This document shows positions 12,601 to 25,680 of a stretch of 64,000 nucleotides of DNA, in pieces. Each line of letters opens with the position of its first letter. Position 1 is the first letter of the stretch. The DNA lies in the NCBI GenBank assembly GCA_028534125.1, contig CM052817.1, positions 100,008,001-100,072,000 of the forward strand. Direction: 5' to 3'. The position numbers and the translations under genes are program-made. A model generated the notes under the pieces. That model was not told the origin of the DNA. It did no database searches and saw only the letters and a program-made list of their open reading frames with translations. This stretch comes from Lama glama (lineage: Eukaryota).

Positions 12601-14790
12601 CCCACCCCCGCCCCACCCTGCGCGGAGGCCCTTCTCAATGACTCAGCCAGAAGGGGCCAAGGACCAATGGCAGAAAGTCTAAGAATCAAAGTAAGTAACA
12701 CTGCAGAGGAGAGCCTACATTTCTTTTCGGACTTAAATTTTCTACTTAGAAAATAAACATAATTTCTGCGCTTCATTGGAGTTGATTGATTTTCACTAAG
12801 TATAGTAGCCAGCACTTTGTGTTTATTTATAGGACAGTCTGGCATCTTAAAAACCTAAAGGGTGGGCAAAAGTTTAAAAGGAACTGATGTTCTATGACCA
12901 TGCTTCATGAAGCATCAGTGGGGCCAGATAAAGCATTCATATCAACAATTGTAAACACTCTGTTTTCTCTATTAAGTGAGCCAAATAGCAATGAACTTGA
13001 AACATTATTTCTGTTTGGGCTTATGGCACATGACACATGCCAGCAGGCAGGAGAGCTTAGAAAAGTCTGGGCCCTGAACTCAGCTTCCCCACAGGCCTGA
13101 CGAAGTCACTCAGCATCTGACACTTACCCACAGAGGTGACGTTTCCTCCCCGGGAGGATGGGGAGGTGGACGGTACCGACCTCAAGGATGCTGGGAGCAC
13201 GGATGAGAAGGTGGTCCGCCATGAACTGCAGAGCCTGCTGTCAGCCAACAGCCTCTACTCCGGGCTGCTTGTCAGGCCAGTGACTGCAATTCGTTTGTGT
13301 TCTGAGTTCAGTAAAGCTGAGTTTAAGAAGAGATCCCCCACAGAAATCACCTGGGTTATCAGCTAAGGAAAATGCACATGTGTATAATCTAGACCATTCT
13401 AATAATTACTCCTGGATACACTGGCTCAGAAAAGGACCTGCTAGGCTATTAGAGTCTCTCCTACTTCAGAATTCTAACGCCGAGATCTCAGCTTCTGGAT
13501 TTCTATTCCTTGATCCTTACAAATGAGGTCAGAAATCAAGGGAGTTTGACACAAGGTAGGGAAGAAAGGTTAGCTAAGTAGGTTGAAATTTCACGTGGGG
13601 CGAGGTACTTTTTATGAGGCCAGACGAAAAAACAGTAATACGGGTTTATCTCTTGGGAGGGGATTCTCAGGAGGGTTTAAGAGACAAAATCAGAACGTAG
13701 AGTTGATTTAATGTCCTAAAGAAACCAGTTCAGAAAACAAGAGTCAGAGAGACCGAGGGACCTGTGGCCGGCCACTGCACGTGGAGTGGCTGAGGGGCAA
13801 ATATCAGCCTTCTTTCCCGGAGCTCAGGGACCCACACGCCACCCCCTGACTTGCTGGCCTGTCAAAAGGGTTCATGTGGTCAATGGTTTATGTATCCAAC
13901 CTTCGGAAACAGGGACGCTTAATAGGATTGCTGCTTCTCCCAGGACCTCCCTAAGCACCATGATAGTGCCCTGTTCATCTGCTTGTCTGTCCAGCCATTC
14001 ACGGATGCCTCCTGTGTGCCAGACATTGTGTCGGGTGATAAGATACACCCACATCAGAGCTCTGTAAATACCAAGAAGAAATGATCAATTCGCAATCAGT
14101 GCTGTAAGATGACAGGATAAGTTAAAGGCTAGAGTTGAGTTTTAAAGTTTTTGTTGTTGGTGGGTGAGGCCTGTGTGGGGGTGGGTATGTGCATCATGTT
14201 TAATTAATGAGCGATCCGGAAGCAGAAGCATGGAGTCAAAGCTCTGCAGAGCACACCTCCACCACAGCTACTGATTTAATGAACACTCCTGGGCACTCTT
14301 TAAATTGAAAGATGGTTCATTAGATTTGTGCATCTGCCCTTCTTGGCAATCTGTTGTGTTTCTGATGAAGGCAGGAGAAAACACGGACGCACCGTTATGA
14401 GTATGTTATGAGTAACTCAGCTTCCAGTGATTACCCAAGTCATCAGGAGCTCAGGATGGCGAATTTCAGGAAAACGTCTGAATCATTCTCTTTCTATTCC
14501 TATCAAGTTCGCTTCTCACCTTTCTTGAGAATTTCTAGTACTAGACATTACATATATTGAAAAAAAAAAAACCCAAACTAATCACCTAATACATTATTTG
14601 CAAGCTGTAAAAATAAGCATATTTTTAATACATCGAAAGAGTAAGTCCCTACAAAACTGGCTCAAAACCACCCTCTTCTTGAGTTTTTTCCCCCTGTTGT
14701 CCCATCAAGGTAATCATTACCTCCTCTGGGCTCCCAGCCTACATTGTATATTGCAGCCTGCCCCGGAGTTGGTTAGCTGCAGTGCCACAA

Positions 14791-14814
14791 ACACACACAC
14801 ACACACACACACAC
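14791..14814. repeat. (CA)n microsatellite
   Basis: About 11 uninterrupted CA units. Confidence 0.9.
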
Positions 14815-16634
14815 GCACGCTCTTAGAAAGCAAAGAAAACATTAAAAAAAACAAAACAACTTTGTCCCTATCTCAGTACCTGCTACATAGGAGATGCTAA
14901 TAAAAGTGCTGAAATGAATAGATCAAAAAGTTCCCCTAAACAGGGCCTTAAACTATGAAAAGTGAGACCCACTCATCACTTGCCACCTTCAGCAAACATT
15001 TATTCAAGGCCTCCGAGGCTGTGGCACCTGAAAGACAGAGGCGTGGGGCCCGGGCACAGATACAGACGTGTCTCTGCCGCAGGGGCTTCCTGCCGGGGCA
15101 GGTGAGGGCACCGTCTGCGGTGGCGGAGGCTCGGTCTGGGTCCTCCCATCCGTTATAGAATTCGGCAAACATGTTACTAAATGCAGGACTGGAATTTAGG
15201 CTTTAGTGTTTAGTCTGAAGTTTATTTCAAGTGGGCTGGAAATTCAAGATGGTGGGGAAGATGTGTGAGGCTAAAACTCAGTTTTGTTAAATCAACTTAG
15301 GAAAAATTGGTGAGTTTTAAGAGGTTTCAGGTTAAAAGGTGCTCTGAACAAGATGCAGACTAACTGACTCACAAAGACGAACTGACTCACACAAAGATTT
15401 GGCTTAATGCGCTTAATTAGCACTGTTGATGAGCTAATCTGCCGAGTGACAAAGCGAGAGGATGAAACAGTCCTTGTGTTCAAGGCACTGAACAAAATAC
15501 ATTAATTAATAAATAATTAAAATACAGCCGATGTAATCGCCACAGAGGTGTGAGTAAGAGACAACAGCAGTCCAGAGGAGGCAGCGATCAACTCCAACGA
15601 TGAGAAAATAACCCACTGTGTCCAATCCCGGTGGTGAGAGCCTTCATGTGCAGCTTGTACGGAACACCTTTTAACCTGAAGCCTCTTAGGACTTGTGTGT
15701 TTTTCTGAAGTCGATTTACCAAAACCGAGTTTTGGATACTCTCTGGATACTTTTCAGATTAGCTGATTAACAGATGATACAGAAAGACTCATTCATTCAA
15801 CATTCGCTGGCCTGTGTTGGACCAGAAACAGCAGGGTGTTGTTACTGAAGTGGGTAAGTCTGCACACAAGTATGAATCCCCTGATATCCCTATGTGTTAT
15901 TATGGGTCAATTAAAATGCAAAGCTCTGGCGTTCCCAGCGATTCACGTGCTGCCCACAATGAGTGCAGCGGACACCCTGCCCCGAGAGACGCAGCAGGAC
16001 CTGCCACTTCCTCCCTGACAGACAGGAAGGCATCCGTGATGGAATGCCACTTCATGGCCGCTGTGTCGCTTTAACGTTGCCGTGACAAAGGGAAACTACA
16101 AAGTCCCAGCAGCCCTGGGAGGATGGAAAATCCCTGACAGATCTGCGCGGTGTCAGATTCTCTTCAGAAGCATTCTCAAGCCTCAGAGGACCGACACTTC
16201 TGGTCCGAGTTTTTGGCATTTTGTGTGGAATGTTTCCCTCTACAAGCAGTAATACAACTGGCTGGCTTTTTGAGAGCCCAGCTTCCTGCCAGACCCTGTC
16301 ATGGTTCAATACTGCCAGACATCTGGAAAGCCTATACATTGATTTTCCTTTGTCTCCCAGATGCACAGGGAAACATTCATCCGTTATAGCTGGACCGTCT
16401 TCAAGACGCCTCCCCGGCAGTGGTGGGTGACTGTTCACTTCTATACACAAGAATTGACTGACAGGAGACGCCATGTCTCATTTTCTGAGGCGCACTGATC
16501 ATAAGGGCTGGTGAGCCAAGGTCACCACATCTCGTTCTGCAGTACAACTGAAGCCGTCGGGACGCTCCACCCGCAGCCCCCTGCAGAGCATCCCCAGCTG
16601 CCAAGCTCACTGCAGCCTCCTGATCGATACCCAC

Positions 16635-16824
16635 CAGCAAGGCGAAGCTGTGCTCTGGCAGCATCCCGTACCGTTGCACCAGTTTCTCCCGGGTTACGCT
16701 GGGCAGCTCAGGGAGCTGCTCCCGGATCTGGTCAATGTTGATCACCTGCTGCGGGTCTGCGCCAGCAGGCAGGGACGCCGAGTCATAGAGCAGCAGCGGG
16801 GGCAGGTTGGGCTCCGGCATGAAC
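16635..16824 (-). CDS. GATB: GATB coding exon (exon 9 equivalent), 190 nt: (R)[63 protein letters not shown]
   Basis: Within ORF 16401..16955(-); acceptor ctctctccgcccag ends at 16825, donor GTGGGT starts at 16634; PEPNLPP and LPELP GatB motifs. Confidence 0.97.
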
Positions 16825-17289
16825 CTGGGCGGAGAGAGGAGACGGCCTGCCTCTGAGTACTTGGTTTGCTTAGAGGGAACACACCTGTCATCAACATGGA
16901 GGTTTGTGTCTAGAAGCCATGCGACTTGTAAAAATTTTCTAACCCCAAATATCAAGTCTCCTGGTTTCCTAGGAACTAGCCCCTGTACGGGTGTAAAGTA
17001 CAGTCAAAACAATCTAACCCCCCACTCTCCATGTTTCCAAACTAGCGCTGAGTGAAAAAGGCGCAAGACAGGGTTGAAGCTGTGCTGTGATCTATAGCTG
17101 TGGATAAAGTACATATTCACAAAGACACAGGCGGGAAGAAACAGGACCAACTTGAGAACAGTTTTTAGGAAGAAAGATGATGTCCTTCATTTTTATATTT
17201 TCAAAATTTCTAGCAATCTTTGAGGAATAAATGAAAAGTCAGAGAAAAAGAAAAAGAAAAAATGGATTTTGCCTAAACATAATACAGAC

Positions 17290-17665
17290 ACGAGGGGAGA
17301 GGGAGGGTGGGAGGGGTAGAGCCCAGGAGATTTTCAGGGCAGTGAACTGTTCTGTGTGACACTGTAACGGTGGGGACATGCCATTACACATCTGTCAAGA
17401 CCCACAGAATGTACAACATAAAGAGCAAACCCTCATGTAAAGTACGGACTTTAGTTAATAGTAAGGTATCAGTACCGGCTCATCAATTTTAACAAACGTT
17501 ACCACACTACACACTAACGCAAGATGTCATCGGGGGAATCTGTGTGTGTGTGTGAGGCGGAGGAAGTTTATGGCATAAAACAAGGAGTTTATGGGAACCG
17601 TAATTTCCACTCAATTCTGCTGTAAACCTACAACTGCTCTAAAAAAGTCAATTAACTTTTTTAAA
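17290..17665 (+). mobile_element. Ancient L1 (L1MC/L1MD-like) 3' UTR fragment
   Basis: ttttcagggcagtgaactgttctgtgtgacactgtaacggtgg...acccacagaatgtacaaca...ctgctgtaaacctacaactgctctaaaaaa resembles eutherian L1M 3' ends. Confidence 0.75.
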
Positions 17666-18812
17666 AGCGTGGAAGCCGCACCACTACATATACTCTTATG
17701 AAACAAAGATGACCTTCCCTTTGTTCTATTCCAGCATCTAACGTTTCTCTCAGCCCATACTTGTCAAAGGGCTTATGCAGAAGCAGGATAATGCAGAATA
17801 AATGGCAGCTCCAAGGCAATAGATCAGACGTGCAGGCGACCTATCACCTCGACGCCAAATCTGTGCTATGAATCAGTCTGACTTCTGAAGGCAAGAGGAA
17901 ACCAAAGGGAGGCTTCCTGAATCCCATCTATTCACCTGGGGGATTGAGCTGAAGCCATCGGCTGAGCTAAAAGCCAAACTCCATGCTCAGTGAGAAAGTG
18001 GCAAAAACAGAGTAGGGGCAACACTGGAGAACAAGGATGTTCTTGGGAAGAAGAGACTGAACCTAGAAGATCACAGTAACAGCAAGGGTGACTTTGACGG
18101 ACACACGAGGGGAGTCCCTGAGGTGACATTCACCCTGAGGGTTTATGAGCTGCTTCTTTCCCACATCCCAGTGCTACGTCTGTTCCTCATCAACAGCAAT
18201 GGCTACTCTGACATCTCCCTGCACGCTGCATAGGAAAGGTGGGCCAATCTCCATAACTCTGTTGCTTAAATCTTCAATTTCTGCAGCATGCTAAACTCAA
18301 CACAGGCAAGAAATGAAAGGTTCAATTGCTCTTAAGCTATCCTTATTATTTGCTTTACTTCTGGACCTCATATTAAGTCTGATTTGTTAAATTTATCAAT
18401 CACATAGCATCACCTGAGGTTTGAAGGGAACTGCCATTAACATAAACATCTCTTTTTTCTATCTTCTCACAGACTTTCAGTGTGTTACTGAGTTTGTCAC
18501 TGAATATGAAGTAAGAAGAGCCCAGGCCCCACCCGCAGCTGCCATCCTCTGGGCTTAACTGCAACAACTCTGACACAGAGGTGAGTGAACAGTGTTTTCT
18601 AACTGTTGAATTATGTCAAGTAAGGTGCTCCAAGGATACCAAGTCCAAGAAATATTCTTTCTCTCAGTATACACATAAAATAGGAAGTCTAGATTTTCCA
18701 TCATGCAACCACAAAAAGGGGTTCCTAGGATCATCACGTTGGTCTGCAAGTGGATCTGAAATGAGCCCCAACCCCGAATGCAGAACGGTATTTTGACAAG
18801 AGGAGTAATCAC

Positions 18813-18857
18813 CTGTAGTCTTGTTTTCCTTCTTTGTCTCTCATCGGCACGGTGCAC
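18813..18857 (-). CDS. GATB: GATB coding exon (exon 8 equivalent), 45 nt: (G)CTVPMRDKEGKQDY(R)
   Basis: Acceptor tcatag ends at 18858, donor GTGATT starts at 18812; phase 2 to 2; carries the MRxKE..DYR motif. Confidence 0.95.
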
Positions 18858-19546
18858 CTATGACAGTTAAATCAGAAAACGTTAAAAAAAAAAAAAAAAA
18901 AGGCTGCATGTAGCATTGGCGAGTGCATATGCAGACAGGGATTCCCCGATCAGTAGACGACAGGAGATTCCAGCATCTTGGCCTTTCTCGGGAGACATTT
19001 ATATGAATACATTTCAGCAATAATATTAAAGAAAGAAATGTTTAGCATGATAATTTAAAAAGAAAATAAATTATTTCAAGGTTTCTAACATTTAACAGCT
19101 CAAACTCCAAGCTTCTGAACATTTCTTCTCAGTCTTCTGCTAAGTGTATAAAACCCTTAAAATTTAGAGTCAGAAAATGAGACTCGGAGTTATCCAAACA
19201 GAAGAAGGCACTTCTACAACCAGCTCTGAGCTTCCCTCCACCTCTAGCTTAAAATGGCAGAGCTTAGGACCGATAGAATTTAAGGAAGTAAAAACTCTTG
19301 GTGCAAAGGATATAAACTGGAAGCTGGGGAAGGGCCAGGACCTGTGACTGAGCAGGTCTGGTTCGGTCAGGTGAAACTCTCACCAGCCCTATAGGGTGTA
19401 TCACATCCCCGTACAGCATTTTCCTAACTTCACTAATGAGGAAAGCAAAGTGCAGAGAAGCTAAGTACCTTCTCCAAGGTGACTGTGGTGAACCCAGGCT
19501 GGAGCCCCATCTACCTGTGTTCAAGATGCTGTCAATGAGAACTCAC

Positions 19547-19631
19547 CCCAGCTTGTAATCGAACGAACGCGTTTCATTCAGAATTTCACCTCCATTCTCC
19601 AGTTCACTGATTTGCCTCTGAATTTCATAGT
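19547..19631 (-). CDS. GATB: GATB coding exon (exon 7 equivalent), 85 nt: (D)[27 protein letters not shown](G)
   Basis: Acceptor T-run+AG ends at 19632, donor GTGAGT starts at 19546; YEIxRQ and ETR motifs. Confidence 0.96.
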
Positions 19632-19952
19632 CTAAAAAAAAAATAGTAGTTTAGTATCATATTTTGAGTCCTTCCACCCAGTTCAGCAATAATTAGAAAT
19701 CTTTCAATCCTTATGTCAAAAAATAATCAAGGGAGTTGCTTATAGTCATTCCTCCCACACATGCCATGTTCTCTTCTTGCTGTCAGGATAATAGTGCTGG
19801 GAAGGGCCTTTTAGGAAGTCCTGCTCCCTCACTTTTTGAGAAAACACAGGTTCAGAGAGATTAAGTGACCAGTACAGATTACACAGCTCGGCAGGAGAAG
19901 GGCTAGGACCAAAATGCAGGCCAAGTGACTCCAGATTTCGGATTGCTGTTTA

Positions 19953-20126
19953 TCAGGAGTTCTTATCCTGGGATCCATGGATGGGCTTCAAGGGGTTCTG
20001 GTACCTCCTGAAATCATACATAAAATGCAGGTGTGTGCATATGTACACCTTCTTGGAGGGAGGGTCCAGAATTTTCATTATATTCTCAAAGGGATCTATG
20101 GTCCCAAATGATTAACAGCCCCTGCT
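19953..20126. mobile_element. hAT-Charlie MITE, MER103-like
   Basis: caggagttcttatcctgggatccatggatgggcttcaagggg...gagggtccagaattttcattatattctcaaaggg...attaacagcccctg with CAG...CTG termini. Confidence 0.7.
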
Positions 20127-21114
20127 CTACGCCACACTCCCTCCCACCAAACAGGGCAAAGCTGGTCATCCAAACAAGCTGAGCTTCACTATGAAAACAG
20201 CTTCAGCCTCCAGCCACCTGAACTCCCCACCCAGCGGACATCACCTTCCCTGACCCAAATCCAAACCCTTTTCTGAGCTGATAAAAAGCAGCAACACCAA
20301 GATGGTGGCAAAAGGCCTGATGGAGGGAGAAAAACTGGGTGGAAAAGTTACAGGCTTGGAGAAGTAAGCCCCTAACACAAAGCTCCGGGCCTTCCAGTCA
20401 GAGTCTGACCACAGGGAGAATCTGCCTCAGACCATTTGTTGCTCCAAAGGTTCCCTCATAGGACAACAGAGGGTTAGGGCAGGGTCTCCTTCATTACTCA
20501 TTAGGCGTGAGTCTACCTAAAACCCTGCTGTTTGTCTTTTTAGGTTACCGTCACCTCTCAGAATAATGACTTCCAGAACACTCACCACCTACACGGTGAA
20601 GTGGATCTTCCTTCCATCGGCTCCAAGCTTTTCCCTCACAAACCTGAGCTGTAAGGGTTCTTCCTGACCCAAACCTTTCACGGCTTCAGAAATACAGACT
20701 GTGTCTCCTTTTAGAGACAGAAGAGACCACCCTGTTTAGTCTACCTTCATATGGGCAACTTCCCTGCCTGTGAGTCATCCCTTTGACCTTTTAATGCCTT
20801 CTTCCTGAAAATTCGTGGACTCAAGAGTGTCTTCGCTGAGGCTAGTTGATCATTTTAGGTTCAACAGAATAAGGTTTTATACCAGACTAGAAAATCTTTC
20901 CCGTGGTATCATTAACACCCAGGAACCTACTAACCCTTCGGCTGTGACGACACCCTCACCTGCCCTGTGTTCAGTGCACCCTGAAGGCTGCTCTTTAAAC
21001 TCCACCTCTTCCCTTGTCTCTCTTCCTCTCTAGATACCTCTGGCTTAAAAAAAAAACAAACTATTTTTTTCCTTCTAGTTTTATTGAGATATAAATGACA
21101 TACAGTACTGTATC

Positions 21115-21235
21115 TTTTTTTTTTTTTTTGGAGGGGAGAAGTAATTCAGTTGTTTATTTATTCATTTCTTTAATGGAGGTACTGGGGATTGAACCCAGGA
21201 CCTCATGCATGCTAAGCACGTGCTCTACCCTCCCC
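21115..21235 (-). mobile_element. tRNA-derived SINE (camelid Vic-1 type) with about 13 nt deleted from the A box
   Basis: Minus strand GGGGAGGGTAGAGCACGTGCTTAGCATGCATGAGGTCCTGGGTTCAATCCCCAGTACCTCC, AT-rich tail and A15; B box GGTTCAATCCC; aligns by eye to the intact copy at 62576-62709. Confidence 0.9.
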
Positions 21236-21574
21236 ACCCACACCAGATAACTCTGGTTTTACAGAATATTTTCATTCCTCGGAGATGTCCTCCCCTCACA
21301 GTCAGTCATCAACTTCTTTGGTACTGCCCCAGATGTTTATCTTGCTCAACTGTTCTAATTTTTAGTATACATCCATCACCACTGAAATATCCACAGCATG
21401 TGCTCCAGCAAGACCAATACTTGATTACATAGGCCCAAGAAACCAATTAGTTAAAACAATAAAAAGCAGAAAAACATACTGACCAACTGGGTCAAACTGG
21501 GGCCAACCTGTAAGGAACAAATATGACTCTGAAGTTCAGGCTGCTCAAGAGTGCGGTACCTGGAACAACTGAGC

Positions 21575-22281
<707 letters not shown>

Positions 22282-24329
22282 CTAACTTCAGAGAGGTATG
22301 GCTGGTCCTGAAGTACATGGCTGGTACTTCTGTCCACTTATGAGAAGGACAGTCCTATGGCATCTGAGGGGTGTGCTGGTACGTGTGTTTGTATATTTCT
22401 GTGCAGTTGTGCACCCGCAGAAGACAGGAGAAATTCTGGACATACCAGCTGGGGAAATCTCATTTTTTGTGTGCCAAATAAGAAAAACAACACTATAAAA
22501 ATGGAGGTTTACTCTGCAGTTTTATTCTGAAGTTTTTTTTTCAAAGTGTCAGAGCTGGGTTGGGAGGAAGGCCTCAGAAATGATTGTCTGATAACCCTAT
22601 GCTGCTCTCCATTGGAATGTGGATTTCCAACAGCGATTCCAGGAGATTTATAAGAGAGTCCTTGAGAATTTACAGCTTAAGGGTAAGAGCCAGAAACCTG
22701 GGCTTTTCCCCTCCTCCTCCCGCCAGGTACTGTAATAATCTCTTCCTTCTGCAAACAAGACTCTGGATCCTTCCTGACGTGGTAAGGAGCTGCTGCAGCA
22801 GATGGACAGAGGTGTTATGACGGGGACGGCCTGTGGGGGGCCCCGGAGGACATTCTCTGACCCTGAAAGTCCCTGCAGACTGGGAGCAGTAGCCCCTGAG
22901 GAAGCAGGTGGTTTGTGGAGAGGACTAAGAGGCTTTCGAGGAGGAGAGGGAGGCGAAATCCCAAGACACACAGAGAGATAAAGACAAGAAATAATCACAT
23001 TTCACACCCTGCAAAGGGAAGCTGAACTCTCTATTCTCCAATTTCATTTACAATATTTAAAATAGAACAAAAGGGGAAGACAAAATGTTGGGATTTTTAT
23101 GGATTTTATTTTCTTAGGCAAGTCTTTAAACTGAAAAAGAATCTGCCAAATCGGAATGTTCTGATGGGCTGAATAACAAAATTCACTTCCCAGGGTTTCA
23201 GAGCAAAAGCATATTAAAGTAATACAAGAGTATAAATCAATTCCAAGCCAAGAAAAAGAGACCCTTGGAACTGGTCTCTGTCTCTCCCAGTCTGCAGCTC
23301 TGACAGCCACCCACGCAGACATGCAAGGGAAAGGTGCCATTCAGTCCAGAAATGACTGGGTCTGCAGCACAGACCTCTCAACATTTTTACAAAATCCTGT
23401 AGCCCCTTCTGGACAATGTGTGCTTCCCCGAATCTCAGAAGTCCCAACGACTCCTGATGCCATCAGATCCTCAGGCGAGGAACCCTGATTATCCCCCGCT
23501 TCTCTGTTCTCTTTGCCCTTGGCAGTCACACTGATTAGATCCAGGCAGTTCCTCCCCCAACACCCCTCAGGCCTGTCACTTCCTCTCCATTCCCACCACT
23601 GCCACCCTTGCCTGAGGACTCGGAACTTCAGGTCTGGGTGATCTTGCATCCTGACCCTGGGCGCAGCGAACCCTCCTCATCCAGACACCCCCAGTGTGGC
23701 TGCGGTTTTCATCATCTGGGTGCCTGCCTGTGGGCACAGCCAGCTCCCACTGATCAAATATCTCCTCTGCCTGGTACTCAACAGCCCTCATCTGTCTTGG
23801 CTGAATCGCCCGCATTTTCCGCTGCCCATTCCATGAGAAAGCCCCCTCCAAACAGGGGGGCTCCTGCGTGCCAGTCCCCATCTACTTGCTGGATTCCATG
23901 CGCTTTCATCAGCACTCTTACCGTCCCTTCTTTACCTCTGCTCATCCTTCAGGGTCCCACTGAGTGTTGCCACCTTCTCCTGGAAAGCCCCAGCATCGAG
24001 CCAGCCTCCACTGATGACTCTGAGTTATCAGAATACATGCAATCAGGGGCACAGAATTTAGCACCTGACTGCAGTCTATTCTGAATTGATCTTATCTTTA
24101 GGGCCAGAATGGGAGGCCCTTGAGACAGAGGTCCAAATTTAACATCACCAGCCTTCTTGCCTTCTCCAGGACATCACTCCTTCAGCTACCTCCTCTCTCC
24201 CACACCAGTCATTAACCCTCTTCCTCAGCATCCCCTCAACACATGCACGTACACATACACACGCAACCGCAGTTCTCATTATCCCTTGAATCCAATTCTC
24301 TCTCCATCATTCAGCTTTCTTTTTCCTTT

Positions 24330-25680
24330 CTCTGCTTTCTTTTTCAGCAAATCCTCTTAAACAAGTATTGTTTGTTGACATATTATCTCCATGATCTAAC
24401 CTCCCATTTGCTCTTAAACCCACTAGGGCCTGGCTTCTGTCCCCATCTCTCCGAAAAGGCCTTGTCAAAATCACCAACAACCCCTGGACCCAGGACATGC
24501 TATGTTTTTACCCTGCTGGACACCTCAGTGCCATGTGATGCACCAGCCCACCCTTCCTTCCTGAAATATCACCCCCTCTCAGCTTCTGTGACCTAGTGTC
24601 TGCCGACCTCCTGGACACTATTTCCGTGTCACCTGCTGGTGCTTTTCCCCAACCAAACTCAGGACTGTCTTCTTTACTTGCACTCTCTCTGTAAGGGTGT
24701 ATGGTTTTTAGCACTATCTATGTGCTGTTAACTCCTAAATTTCTCTCTTCAGCTCAGAACCCCCTACTCTGAGTCCACACTGATCTCTGATGTCTGTTTC
24801 ATCTCCACCTGGAGGTGTCACAGGCATTTCAGTTCCCAAAATTAAAGAATTTGCAGCAGCCCCCACCCCCCGCCACAGCCATTCTTGTCCCCATCTCCCC
24901 AGTTTCAGTAAATAGCACCACCAACTAGTTCCTCAAGCTTCCCGGATTTCTTCCTGCCTCTTGCCTTCTACACCAATCTGTAAACAAATCCTGTGATTTC
25001 TAAAAACCACCCAGAATCTACCCATCTTGATTACTCCATCTTCACAGACACCAGCCCCGTCCACAGTAGCATCGTCCTCCATCTGAATGATCACCAAAGC
25101 TTCTTAACTGGTCTCTCTGCTTCTACTCTTATCCTTCTGAAATCCACCTTCCACAGAGCAACCAGAGTGGTTTTCTAAAACATTAAAACATCAGACTATG
25201 GTTCCTGTGCTTAAATGCCCTTTGATGACCTCCCTCTGCACTTGGGATGAAATCCAAACTTCTTGTCATTGTCGGTAATGTCAGCATCTTTTTGGTCTTA
25301 CCTGACGCCATGCTCCCCTGCACAATGTGCTTTCCCTCCGGGGGCCTCCTGCTACCTCTGTGTACCCCCAAGCACATCCTAAGCCTCTTTTCACCTTGGG
25401 GACTCGGCCTGAGCTGTTTCCTTGGAGGGTCAGACTCCAGCTCCACGCTGGCAGGGGCCCTGAGTCACTGCAGAGGCTTCACCTTCCGATGGTGCTCTTC
25501 ATCATGGGGCCCTTTACTTCCTTAAAGCACTTATGACTGTAACTATTTGGTTCCACTTGTTAATGCATGTGTCCCCCTCATGAGTACAAGCTCGAGGCAG
25601 CACGGGCCACGTCTCTTTCATGGCTCCCTTCAGAACCTGGAGCCGGCTCTGGCATGTGGTGACTGTTCGATAAATTAATG
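24330..25680 (+). mobile_element. LINE-2 3' portion, about 1.3 kb, degenerate
   Basis: L2-type segments ggcttctgtccccat...cttgtcaaaatcacc, ctctcagcttctgtgac, catctccacctggaggtgtcacaggcat, cttcttaactggtctctctgcttc, ccacagagcaaccagagtg, ending ctggcatgtggtgactgttcgataaat. Confidence 0.8.

Noticed and set aside
16401..16955. 184-aa ORF as a standalone gene
   Set aside because: Only 16635-16824 is GATB-like; the flanks are intronic read-through past clear splice sites.
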